The translations under genes were made by a program, and so were the position numbers. This document shows, piece after piece, positions 9,317 to 17,679 of a DNA stretch of 64,000 nucleotides. Position 1 is the stretch's first letter. Every line of letters starts with the position of its first letter. The DNA lies in contig OZ245869.1 in assembly GCA_965229355.1 (NCBI GenBank), positions 2,078,318 to 2,142,317 on the forward strand, read 5' to 3'. The DNA comes from Rhodospirillaceae bacterium (GTDB lineage: Bacteria; Pseudomonadota; Alphaproteobacteria; Rhodospirillales; Rhodospirillaceae). Under the pieces are notes generated by a model. That model was not told the DNA's origin. It saw nothing but the letters and a program-made list of their open reading frames with translations, and searched no databases.

Positions 9317-11029
9317 ATGAACTTTGTAGTCCACCCCGTTATCGCGCAACTACAGCCTTTTCCCGATGAGTCATTATTAGGATTTGGCCTGCGGATTGCC
9401 GAGGCCAATTGGGCACCGACTGGCCTCCGCGCTATTGCGATGGCCATTCACACTGCCAAAGAATCACGCAGTGATTACTTGTCCCTTGTGTCGAATATTG
9501 ACGCGCTGAGCCAGCTTACCCAGATCCCAGTGGAAGACCTCCAAGCCATGGCGTTTTGGCATTTGCCGCGGGACGAGTGGCCGGCCAGTTTTAATATCGG
9601 CCGTCACGGGGGCACCGTTTCGACCACTTCACTATATCGCGGCTTCTCTCGCATCTGCGTTGAATGCTTGAAGGAGCAACCTTACACGCGGCGCCTATGG
9701 GATTTGAAGTTCTACCAAGCCTGTCACATTCATCACTGCAAGCTTATCTCTAACTGTCATGGTTGCTCGAGATCGCTGAGCTGGCATCGTCCAACGCTTA
9801 TGCGTTGTAAAGCGTGCCATGCTGATATTCGAGGGGCGTGTTCACAGGCGGCGACCCAGGCAGAAGTGAACTTTGCGGGGTTCATCGCGGGTTGTGTCAA
9901 AGGGAGTGGTTCTGATAGCGCTCAACATGTTAGCATCGCGCCGGAATTTAAAGACATCTCGATTGGCGATCTCGTGAATGTGCTTGGGTTTCTAGCTGGC
10001 TATGCCAAGGACGGTTGTCCCATTGGCGTGCGCGGCATGGTGAGTTCAGGGAACGAAGAACTTCTCGAAAACTTGCGGGAGTGCGAGCAATTATTCGCGG
10101 ATTGGCCTAACGCGCTTTACCGAATGATTGACGCGAATATGCATTCCAGTAACGACTGGTTGCCTCCAGAGAAGAAATTTCCTCACATCTATCGAGCTAT
10201 TGCCAGGACGCACAAGTCAGCCTACCCGTTGACGCGTTTGCGGCCTCTTATGGTGCGTTATCTTGCTGAGCGCCACGGATCATATGCTGCGCAATGCGGG
10301 TCGCGGCATGGTGCAATTGAAGAGGCGGCACGCATAGCTGGATACATTACTCTTGGAGAGGCAGCCAGGTTACAGCAAACGAGTGTTGGGCTTATCAAGC
10401 GCGCCGCCCCAATAGTGGGCGTCACCATTCATCACGGTGATCGCATGGCTACCGCCCGGATCTTAAAGGAGGATCTAAAGTTACTGAGCGAAGAGCTTTG
10501 GTTTTCTCGCAGATCAAGGCTGCCAACAGGAGCGTATGGCGACTGGGATGCTTTGCCTAAAGTGGAGCCCGCTGAATGTCAGGCATCAACGAAAGTGCGC
10601 CAATCTGACCCAATAATTCCTCGTCAGCCGCAGCCACACCGCGATGTAATTCGTCGCGAGCGCGTAGACATGAAGGGCATTGGTCTTTCGCTTGGCGTGT
10701 CCCCAGCGACCGCCGCGCGTTTGCGACGTGATAGCCTGTTCGGTGCTTATAATCCCAACCGGCCGACCACGATCGCTGACGTGCTCGGATACATGGATGC
10801 GCTGGAACGGGGCTGTACGCCGTCTGAAGACCCACTGTTGGTCCCGTTAATGATATTGGCAGAGAAAAACTCGGTTTACTGGCGGGTGGGGCTTCGGACA
10901 GCGCTTAATCTTATAAAATCCGGCAAGCTTCTCGTACGGGGCGTGGACACGCGGGCCACCGGCTTAAATCGCATACTTCTGTCCGACGCGGACTTGCGTC
11001 AGCTTAACGATGACTGTGAGCGAGGATAA
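9317..11029 (+). CDS. tniQ: TniQ/TnsD-like target-selection protein
   Basis: The N-terminus (PFPDESLLGFGLRIAEANW) is typical of TniQ, and a Cys/His cluster (CVECL...CHIHHC...CHGC...C..C) follows. 570 aa from the ATG at 9317. Confidence 0.75.
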   Translation: MNFVVHPVIAQLQPFPDESLLGFGLRIAEANWAPTGLRAIAMAIHTAKESRSDYLSLVSNIDALSQLTQIPVEDLQAMAFWHLPRDEWPASFNIGRHGGTVSTTSLYRGFSRICVECLKEQPYTRRLWDLKFYQACHIHHCKLISNCHGCSRSLSWHRPTLMRCKACHADIRGACSQAATQAEVNFAGFIAGCVKGSGSDSAQHVSIAPEFKDISIGDLVNVLGFLAGYAKDGCPIGVRGMVSSGNEELLENLRECEQLFADWPNALYRMIDANMHSSNDWLPPEKKFPHIYRAIARTHKSAYPLTRLRPLMVRYLAERHGSYAAQCGSRHGAIEEAARIAGYITLGEAARLQQTSVGLIKRAAPIVGVTIHHGDRMATARILKEDLKLLSEELWFSRRSRLPTGAYGDWDALPKVEPAECQASTKVRQSDPIIPRQPQPHRDVIRRERVDMKGIGLSLGVSPATAARLRRDSLFGAYNPNRPTTIADVLGYMDALERGCTPSEDPLLVPLMILAEKNSVYWRVGLRTALNLIKSGKLLVRGVDTRATGLNRILLSDADLRQLNDDCERG

Positions 11030-11155
11030 CGAGTGCGACGGATCGATGCATGGGCGTTAACGTTCGAATCTGTAGATGTTAATCAATGCTAATGAGGGTT
11101 AAACGCACAACTGGTATGGGGTCCGTTTGAAATTGCAGCCCTGCATCTTGCGGCG

Positions 11156-11204
11156 TTGACACTATAAATAACTATGGCACGAGTACGTGTTATCTATAGT
11201 AACA
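11156..11204 (+). promoter_or_regulatory. operator-like motif copy O3 (inverted pair) upstream of 11218
   Basis: TTGACACTATAAATAAC (11156-11172) matches the reverse complement of 4294-4310 at 14/17 positions. Its inverted partner is GTTATCTATAGTAA (11189-11202). Confidence 0.45.
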
Positions 11205-11217
11205 CAGGCGAATTGCC

Positions 11218-11481
11218 ATGCCCGAACCTAAATTCACTCAGATCGGTATAGTCTTATCAGCTGGCGATGCCGAAGCTCTCAAGAGAGCCACTCTTCATTT
11301 GCGTGAGCAGCTGGGGCCAATGTTCAATATGACAGATGGCCCAATTTGCGAAGCGGGCGTGTACGAGGTGAACTGTTCATTCGGATTGTTGCCATCATCG
11401 AAACGGCCTGATCTTGTTCTCGTGCAGGGCGGCCGAACTCGGGGTCAACGCTCTCATGTCCCCGATGCGAATTCCAAGTAG
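11218..11481 (+). CDS. hypothetical small protein
   Basis: 87-aa ORF ending 8 nt before the next gene, directly after the O3 palindrome. Confidence 0.45.
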   Translation: MPEPKFTQIGIVLSAGDAEALKRATLHLREQLGPMFNMTDGPICEAGVYEVNCSFGLLPSSKRPDLVLVQGGRTRGQRSHVPDANSK

Positions 11482-11489
11482 GGGGCTCT

Positions 11490-11963
11490 ATGAACCACGA
11501 GTCCATCGAAATGCTTACGGGGTACATAGACGCACTCAGCTTCACGACGATTGCTCGTGTGCCTGATCCGCCGGTAACTTTTGGGATACCGACCGCAGAG
11601 CTTCGAAAAAAACTCACAATCGACGTGACTGAGTTTAACCTCAAAAAGAACCGCTATCGCTTCAAAGGCCAAATTAAAAACTGGACGTTCTGGACATTCA
11701 CTGACAAAGCCGCGCCCGAGCAAACCAGCATCCACTTGACAGGTACGCTTACGAGTCAAAGGGGTCTCCATCCATATCTGACGACCAGCCAGGTGCTGGA
11801 AATTGCGAGCGACTTAAGTGGTGTGATCACCAAGAGTGGAAGCCTCTACGAGCTTTCGAATGAGCGCGGCGAGCTCAATAACGACGAGTTCGTTCACCTG
11901 ATCTGTGTCCTTAACTCATGGGGACTTGGGGCGGATTTAAATTTGCCACCCCTTCATTACTAG
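11490..11963 (+). CDS. hypothetical protein, paralog of 4394..4873
   Basis: 157 aa. By eye it is about 40-45% identical to the 4394 product over the C-terminal 75 or so residues. Confidence 0.6.
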   Translation: MNHESIEMLTGYIDALSFTTIARVPDPPVTFGIPTAELRKKLTIDVTEFNLKKNRYRFKGQIKNWTFWTFTDKAAPEQTSIHLTGTLTSQRGLHPYLTTSQVLEIASDLSGVITKSGSLYELSNERGELNNDEFVHLICVLNSWGLGADLNLPPLHY

Positions 11964-12004
11964 TCCAGGAAGCAATTAACATTCCGCCTCAATAGTAGAG
12001 CGCA

Positions 12005-12532
12005 GTGATGGTCGACTACATCTGCATCGACATCGAAGCGTCCGGGCTTCACAAGAATTGCTATCCGATTGAGGTGGCATTGGCTCTGCCGATAACGGCC
12101 CTTGAAAAGGCCTGGCTCATTGCGCCAACACCGGAGTGGCGTGACAATGGTATCTGGGAAGAGCAGGCGGAAGCTTTGCATGGCATCACTCGTGCTGACC
12201 TTTTTCGCAATGGCGTCCTACCGGAAGTCGTCGTTGGCGAGCTCATAGTTTGCATCGGCGAAAAACAGCTGGTGTCAGATTGTCCGAGTGCGGATGGAGG
12301 ATGGCTTCAGCAGCTTTTCGCCGCTGCGGACGTACATCGAGAATGGAGGATCCATGATCTCGACGAAGTTGCGCGCCGCATTACGTGGGGTAGGGGTGTG
12401 CATCATGAAGCAGCCTTATCGGCAGCCCGGACCTATGCTCAGACAGTCTGCCCTAAAATGCACCGCGCACTTCCAGACGCACGTCACAATGCTGCGATAC
12501 TTCAACACCTTAACGTGGCGCCGAGCTGTTAG
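12005..12532 (+). CDS. DEDDh (DnaQ-like) 3'-5' exonuclease
   Basis: Exo I motif CIDIEASG, Exo II region LVSDCPSADGGWL, Exo III motif HRALPDARHNA. The start is GTG 12005 or ATG 12008. Confidence 0.75.
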   Translation: MMVDYICIDIEASGLHKNCYPIEVALALPITALEKAWLIAPTPEWRDNGIWEEQAEALHGITRADLFRNGVLPEVVVGELIVCIGEKQLVSDCPSADGGWLQQLFAAADVHREWRIHDLDEVARRITWGRGVHHEAALSAARTYAQTVCPKMHRALPDARHNAAILQHLNVAPSC

Positions 12533-12864
12533 CCCCGGAGTGCCTCGGGAAGCGAATACCATTTTCTTATCGCGCGGTTTATTCGTTCCTAAGCGACTGG
12601 TGCTGGAGCGGTGCCAACGCGCCTAAGGATAAACACAATCTCGGGCCTGGGCAACAGGACGCGCTGGAATGAATTCGTTCACCCCCATAGCCTTGCCTTA
12701 GCTGCGTCCACAGCGAGTGAATTTTAGTGGTTTCACAGAGACCATACTAATGAGCAATAAGGCCTATTATCGCGCCAAACCAATATGGGCCGCTGATTAT
12801 GCTCAGGAGCAGCGCGCAACAGGTCGCTCCTGACTCCAGTCAGCTCTCATGATAGCCTGAATCC

Positions 12865-13425
12865 ATGATAGGCGAGAGCGACTATTGGAAAAAACCTCTC
12901 CTCACGGGGGCGAGGTTCATCCGGAAACATATGGATGTCGAAGATATTACCCCTTCGCAGTTCGCCCGGATTGAACGCGAAATTCTCATCGGCTTCTACT
13001 CGATTCGAAAATTGTTCGAGGCGACGGCAAAAGTCAGTCCTGAAACGCGCGATCTGAAAATCCAGCTAAAATTCTATCCGAAGCGTGCTGATCAGCCGCC
13101 TGTGGACTGGTTCAATCGGGACAAGTTCTGGGAGCTATACGACCTTGAAGTCGCTGGGGCTGAGCAGCGCGATCTGCTCTACGCCGCGCACCGGATGGTC
13201 CACAGCTTCGTCTTGCTGCTGTCGGGCGACGACGCCGGACATGGCGCATTTTTCACGAGTGATCGCGACAAGGAAGCACGCTTAAATTTCGTAAGCACGA
13301 GTGAGATTGTTCGCGTTTTTGAAGCCGTTGGAACCGACTATCCATCAGGCCTCAACGCATGGCGCGATGAGGCGACCGGCGAAATGAAGTGGGTGGTGCC
13401 GCCGTCGCCAGAGAGTGTGCGCTAG
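12865..13425 (+). CDS. hypothetical protein (gene 1 of a coupled three-gene operon)
   Basis: 186 aa. Its TAG stop overlaps the GTG start of the next gene (TAGTG). Confidence 0.55.
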   Translation: MIGESDYWKKPLLTGARFIRKHMDVEDITPSQFARIEREILIGFYSIRKLFEATAKVSPETRDLKIQLKFYPKRADQPPVDWFNRDKFWELYDLEVAGAEQRDLLYAAHRMVHSFVLLLSGDDAGHGAFFTSDRDKEARLNFVSTSEIVRVFEAVGTDYPSGLNAWRDEATGEMKWVVPPSPESVR

Positions 13426-13793
13426 TGAGAACGTCGATTGAGCTGGAAATCGCTGGGGTCTCCTTATCCTATGCCAAAAATTATATCGGGGTTGATTTTG
13501 GCTTCCTGTTTCAGGATGGCGACGAGACGCGACGTAGATCAGACGCCATCGACTATGAGTATTATGAGGATCACCCGGATGAGATCGCAGACCTAGAAGA
13601 GAGCGAGGCCGCTTTTGCCAGACCTCTTTCGCGCGTGCTGCCGCGTCTATCGCTCCTCGGATCCACGATACAAACCGCGCGTGCTGAATATGAGGCGGTG
13701 ATCGCGGAAGCTCTAGAAATGAGTTCTGGCGAAGGGCGCGAACTTGGCCTGCTGTCGTTCGATGAATTTTGCTTGCTTGCCGCTATCCGTTGA
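13425..13793 (+). CDS. hypothetical acidic protein (gene 2 of the coupled operon)
   Basis: 122 aa from GTG 13425. Its stop overlaps the next start (TGATG). The ORF-track start at 13389 would overlap gene 1. Confidence 0.5.
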   Translation: MRTSIELEIAGVSLSYAKNYIGVDFGFLFQDGDETRRRSDAIDYEYYEDHPDEIADLEESEAAFARPLSRVLPRLSLLGSTIQTARAEYEAVIAEALEMSSGEGRELGLLSFDEFCLLAAIR

Positions 13794-14689
13794 TGAGCCT
13801 CAGGGGCGGAGAGGAGTTTCACGACAAAGAAAAAGCTAAGGGCCGGCTTGCTGTAGAAGGTGACTTCGCGCGTCTGCCGTGGACCGATAACTCGGACAGC
13901 TTCTGGTCAGAGCGAAGCTACTTCGGCGCGAAGCTCACGTTGCTGAGTGCAGAGTCTATGCTTCAGGTGTTTAGCCTCAACGCCGAAAACCTGACGGCCG
14001 AGGTGACGTGGGAGTTCGGCACTCTCGTCAGTAGCGGTTGGGCCAGCCGCTCTGAGTTTCAGCCCGGCGCAAGGCGCGTTCAAAAAGTGTTGATCGCGAC
14101 CGAGGGAGCGTCCGACGCTCGGATTATCAAGCGTGCGCTTGAGGTCCTCCGCCCTGACGTCGCCGACTTTTTCAACTTTGTTGATGTGGATGAGCGCCAT
14201 CACTTTTGGGGTACCGGCAATCTCGTAAAATTTGCTGAAGGGCTTCTGCGCATCGACATCCAGAATATGGTTCTGTTCGTGTTTGATAATGACGCAGAGG
14301 GTGTTGATGCTTATCGCAAACTCGAAAATCTGAATCTCCCCGGCAACATGCGCTCGATGCTCTTGCCGAACCTAGACGAGTTTCGCAATTTTCGAGCGCT
14401 TGGGCCCGAAGGCGTTAGCATTTCCGACATAAACGGACGAGCCGCAGCAATCGAGTGCTATCTCGATCTTGAATTGCCGAACAATGCACCCGCGCAAGTG
14501 ATCTGGAGCAACTACAAGAAGGATATCGACGCGTGGCACGGAGCCTTGGAGTTCAAGGATTCCTATCAGCGTCATTTCTACGACCAGACTGACGGTACGC
14601 TTCGGAGTGGGCGTTATGACACTACGAAGCTCTTGAAAATGTTGGACGCAGTAATAGCGCAGGCATCTCTGGTGTCGCCTGTGGTGTAG
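13793..14689 (+). CDS. Toprim-domain protein (OLD/AriB/DUF4435-like nuclease candidate)
   Basis: VLIATEGASDARI (Toprim Glu) followed about 70 aa later by LFVFDNDAEG (DxD). The N-terminal 100 or so residues are unassigned. Confidence 0.6.
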   Translation: MSLRGGEEFHDKEKAKGRLAVEGDFARLPWTDNSDSFWSERSYFGAKLTLLSAESMLQVFSLNAENLTAEVTWEFGTLVSSGWASRSEFQPGARRVQKVLIATEGASDARIIKRALEVLRPDVADFFNFVDVDERHHFWGTGNLVKFAEGLLRIDIQNMVLFVFDNDAEGVDAYRKLENLNLPGNMRSMLLPNLDEFRNFRALGPEGVSISDINGRAAAIECYLDLELPNNAPAQVIWSNYKKDIDAWHGALEFKDSYQRHFYDQTDGTLRSGRYDTTKLLKMLDAVIAQASLVSPVV

Positions 14690-14953
14690 CTGTTTACATC
14701 TACTTCCAATTCATGAGTAAGCGGTCTCACGTCGCTCCAAGTTTTACACAGCGAAACTGAATGCTATTCTATAAAACGAGATAAGTGGCGAGTTTCATAG
14801 ACGCTCTAGTCCGATCAGATCGTACCCTCGTCCCATCTTTGATCATCAAACAATAGGATGAGCACACTGTCACTGATGGGTGCCTTGAGCGATAAACGCC
14901 ATTCTCGCATTCCAGATACCAAGCCGCCACGGAGGGCCTATCTGGAATGCGTA

Positions 14954-15199
14954 TCAGCCTGGCGAACGCTTCGGATCTGCTTTTCGCGGAAACGTGCGCT
15001 CTTCTTGGATTCTGCCATTTTGCTTTTGAATTTTGACAGATCCGCCATCAGTGCCAATAGCACGCTTTAACGCTCCACCAGCCGTTGCGTCGGACTTGTT
15101 TCCATATGACTTCACGGTTTTATCCGTTCGGTCATTCGTCAGATCCCACGTAGTCTTCTTCTCGTTGTACTCAAGAGTGAATTTCGGAAGTTTGGTCAC
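14954..15199 (-). CDS. small basic protein, DUF2188-like
   Basis: 81 aa. The pattern TWDL...KSYGNKSDA...GGSVKIQKQNGRIQEERTF resembles DUF2188. It lies 17 nt downstream of 15217..16017. Confidence 0.4.
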   Translation of the reverse strand: MTKLPKFTLEYNEKKTTWDLTNDRTDKTVKSYGNKSDATAGGALKRAIGTDGGSVKIQKQNGRIQEERTFPRKADPKRSPG

Positions 15200-15216
15200 G
15201 ATGTTACTCCTGATTA

Positions 15217-16017
15217 TTATAGAGACGGCTTAGCTAAGACACGTGAGCGTTCAACGAATGCTATCGAGATGACCTGTTCGCTGAGTTCTTTAACTGTGGG
15301 GATGCCCAACTCTGCCGACAAAAATAGAAGCCGCGCTTGAACTTCTTCCGGCACCTTCTTTAGCGTTACTCGCTTCGGAGATTGGCCCCTAAAAGCTTTT
15401 TGCGCTTCTTGATGCGCGTTGTTCAAAATAGTCCGAACATCATCGACTGAACGCTTGGCGCGCATGTGGTAGATTTCACGCGATGCGATATCCAGCGCTT
15501 GCTTCAGTCCGCTTTGCTCACTGTCATCGCCGGCTAAAGCCGTGCATAAGCCGTCGATCAAGTCAGCTGCGATCTGACCAGATAGTTTGGTTGCTTTAAT
15601 GTCTTGGACTATTCTGTCAGAGGATTGTTTTGCCGCCTCCGCTCGAAGGTCTGCCAGCCAAGAATCTCGTTGGAAATCTTTAGCACTCGGGACGACAACA
15701 TCGAGTGCACTTATGAAATTGATCATAGCTTCCTCCGCTGTGATTCCGGTGCCTCGCACCCCAAAGGGGCCTACGTCTGCGCAGTAAGCGATGTGCGTTC
15801 GTGTTTCCTTATGAAAGAACTGCATCACTTGCGCCGTCGCCAACGAATTTATCTCGGCGATTATGGCTTCCTCATCTCGCGTTACGTGAGGCGTCGCGAC
15901 TGCATCGTCATCAGCCGGCTGCTCGGTCCGATTCAACGCTTCGCGCCTTGCACGAACGAGCTGATCGCCCTTCACGCCCCGAGCTAAGAAACCATCCTTT
16001 TTGAAGCCTAAAATCAT
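15217..16017 (-). CDS. hypothetical protein with a HicB-like (UPF0150) segment
   Basis: HIAYCADVGPFGVRGTGITAEEAMINFISAL resembles the HicB antitoxin fold motif. The rest is helical and unassigned. Confidence 0.45.
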   Translation of the reverse strand: MILGFKKDGFLARGVKGDQLVRARREALNRTEQPADDDAVATPHVTRDEEAIIAEINSLATAQVMQFFHKETRTHIAYCADVGPFGVRGTGITAEEAMINFISALDVVVPSAKDFQRDSWLADLRAEAAKQSSDRIVQDIKATKLSGQIAADLIDGLCTALAGDDSEQSGLKQALDIASREIYHMRAKRSVDDVRTILNNAHQEAQKAFRGQSPKRVTLKKVPEEVQARLLFLSAELGIPTVKELSEQVISIAFVERSRVLAKPSL

Positions 16018-16028
16018 TTGGCACCTCT

Positions 16029-16060
16029 CAGTACCAAATATATACTATTTTTTGGTACTG
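16029..16060. promoter_or_regulatory. inverted repeat in a divergent promoter region
   Basis: CAGTACCAA-N14-TTGGTACTG with perfect 9-bp arms, between 15217..16017 (-) and 16133..17161 (+). Confidence 0.45.
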
Positions 16061-16132
16061 GCAACATTAAAGGTTGCACAATTCTGCGATTTCTTTCAGA
16101 GGTCAGGCCCAGTTCGACGGAAACGATGAGAC

Positions 16133-17161
16133 ATGATTGTTCGAGAGTTAACCATTCCAGGCCTTCCGGTCGCGGTACATCGCGCCATCCAGGCGAGTGG
16201 TCAACAACTCCACATCTCGAACTTGCCGGCGCTGGCGCACAGCTTATTACCAACCATAACTTCGAGACTGGATGCAAATGTGCAAGCCCAGTTGAAGCAA
16301 TCGATAAATGCCGCTGTTCCAAAGCTGGTCGTGAAGAATGCTTTCGCGATCGTCGACAATGCGCTCGGCCGTACGCCTGATGGCTTCATCAAACATCCAA
16401 GCGATCCGACGTGGTTGACGGCCGCAGTCTCCGCTTTGACGGTAATGAGCATAGCAGGATTGCAAGCGACCTCATTCGCTGGCGAAAATAAAGGTGAATT
16501 GTTCGTGCACTTGGTTCCGGAGAACACATCCGCGACCGGCCGAAACGCCGAGCAATCAACAGCATTTATGACGGGACATACGGACGCATTGCCGTTTCCA
16601 TTTCCGGCTGAATTTGATCCAGCCAACGTAAGTCTACCACCACCAGCTCCAGATTTCGTCGTTTTGGCGGCACTTCGCAATCCAGGTGACGTTCCTACAA
16701 CTGTGTCGCCTCTCGATGTTTTGCGCACGCACATGGCTGATGATCCTTCGTTCAATACGAAGGTTTCAGATGCACTCTTCCAACGGCACTTCGGTTTTAA
16801 GAGCCAGAGCAGTTGGGACATGGAGTATTATCTGCCGTCTGCACCGATTTTGATGGACGACCAACGCGGGACACTGATCCGGTTCAGTATCGGCGGTACT
16901 CAAGTTCTGCCGGGCGCGCCGGAAGAGGCGGTGACAGCGTACCATCTGCTTTCCGAGGCTTTGAAGCAAAATAGGCAGCAAGTTGTCTTGAAGCCGGGCG
17001 ATATCATGTTGATCAACAACAGGACTAGCCTGCACGGTCGCGAACGGGTGAGCTATTTGCCAGAGGGTAACTCTCGGTGGTTGCTGCGAACATATGGATA
17101 TTACTCATCCACACCACGTCGCATCATAAGTCCATATTGGACGAAGGCCGAGCCTTGTTAA
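16133..17161 (+). CDS. Fe(II)/2-oxoglutarate-dependent oxygenase, clavaminate-synthase/TauD-like
   Basis: The facial triad candidates are GHTDALPF (HxD) and NNRTSLHGRE (distal His). RWLLRTY follows, as in VioC/AsnO-type amino-acid hydroxylases. Confidence 0.65.
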   Translation: MIVRELTIPGLPVAVHRAIQASGQQLHISNLPALAHSLLPTITSRLDANVQAQLKQSINAAVPKLVVKNAFAIVDNALGRTPDGFIKHPSDPTWLTAAVSALTVMSIAGLQATSFAGENKGELFVHLVPENTSATGRNAEQSTAFMTGHTDALPFPFPAEFDPANVSLPPPAPDFVVLAALRNPGDVPTTVSPLDVLRTHMADDPSFNTKVSDALFQRHFGFKSQSSWDMEYYLPSAPILMDDQRGTLIRFSIGGTQVLPGAPEEAVTAYHLLSEALKQNRQQVVLKPGDIMLINNRTSLHGRERVSYLPEGNSRWLLRTYGYYSSTPRRIISPYWTKAEPC

Positions 17162-17679
17162 TCAGAGAAAAGAGATAGCAACCTAATCGTCATCGCTTGC
17201 ATGCTGACTTCGTAAAGTGAGGCCAACTTCCTCAGGTCTTCCTCACTGGTCATATCGATGTCCTGAGCGGCGACATCTTGCTTTAGCCACGCCGCCGGCA
17301 TGAGAAGATTAGCTGCAAACGCATTGGCCTCGCGTTCATCGAGGTGTTCCGCGGTCGTGGAGCGTATATCGCGAAGGTTGACACGAAACTCTTGGTCAAC
17401 GTGAACCTCTTCGCCGTCATGAAGCATCAAGTGCCCCAACTCGTGCGCAATCGTGAAGCGCTGACGCAAGTCATTGTGCAGAGAATTCACGACGATGACA
17501 TTGCCTGACTCAGCACGAAACAGAATTCCCGAAATGTCCTTTTCGAGTTCCATGCGCTTGATGGCGACATTATTCGCTTCAGCAATTGCCTCAACGTCGA
17601 CCGGAGGCTTGATCTGATCGGCAAGCAGTTCATCAACGCGTCGGCGAATACGGGTGTAACCAATCCGTACTCGGATCAC
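17158..17679 (-). CDS. ImmA/IrrE-family zinc metallopeptidase (CapP-like)
   Basis: HEXXH motif IAHELGHLMLH. It overlaps the upstream XRE gene by 4 nt. Confidence 0.8.
   Translation of the reverse strand: MIRVRIGYTRIRRRVDELLADQIKPPVDVEAIAEANNVAIKRMELEKDISGILFRAESGNVIVVNSLHNDLRQRFTIAHELGHLMLHDGEEVHVDQEFRVNLRDIRSTTAEHLDEREANAFAANLLMPAAWLKQDVAAQDIDMTSEEDLRKLASLYEVSMQAMTIRLLSLFSD

Noticed and set aside
9317-12000. CRISPR-associated transposon (CAST) hypothesis, because tniQ follows tnsABC.
   Set aside because: I saw no cas-like genes and no regularly spaced direct repeats (CRISPR array) anywhere between 3724 and 39549. The TniQ-like protein is long (570 aa), which fits a TnsD-type protein-guided selector better.
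13389-13795. I considered whether 13389..13793 and 13769..14689 are one frameshifted gene (a pseudogene).
   Set aside because: The overlapping TAGTG and TGATG junctions are typical translational coupling. Each ORF has a plausible start exactly at the junction. A frameshift is not required, although it cannot be excluded without homologs.
16201-16821. 206-aa minus-strand ORF inside the oxygenase gene. The same class includes 51727..52401, 56425..57063, 59199..59735, 60689..61108, 36638..37210, 20129..20530 and the many 60-140-aa ORFs antisense to czcA, the ATPase and the oxidase.
   Set aside because: All are antisense or alternative-frame ORFs within genes that have strong domain evidence. 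Their Ala/Arg/Ser/Pro-rich composition is typical of shadow ORFs in GC-rich coding DNA.
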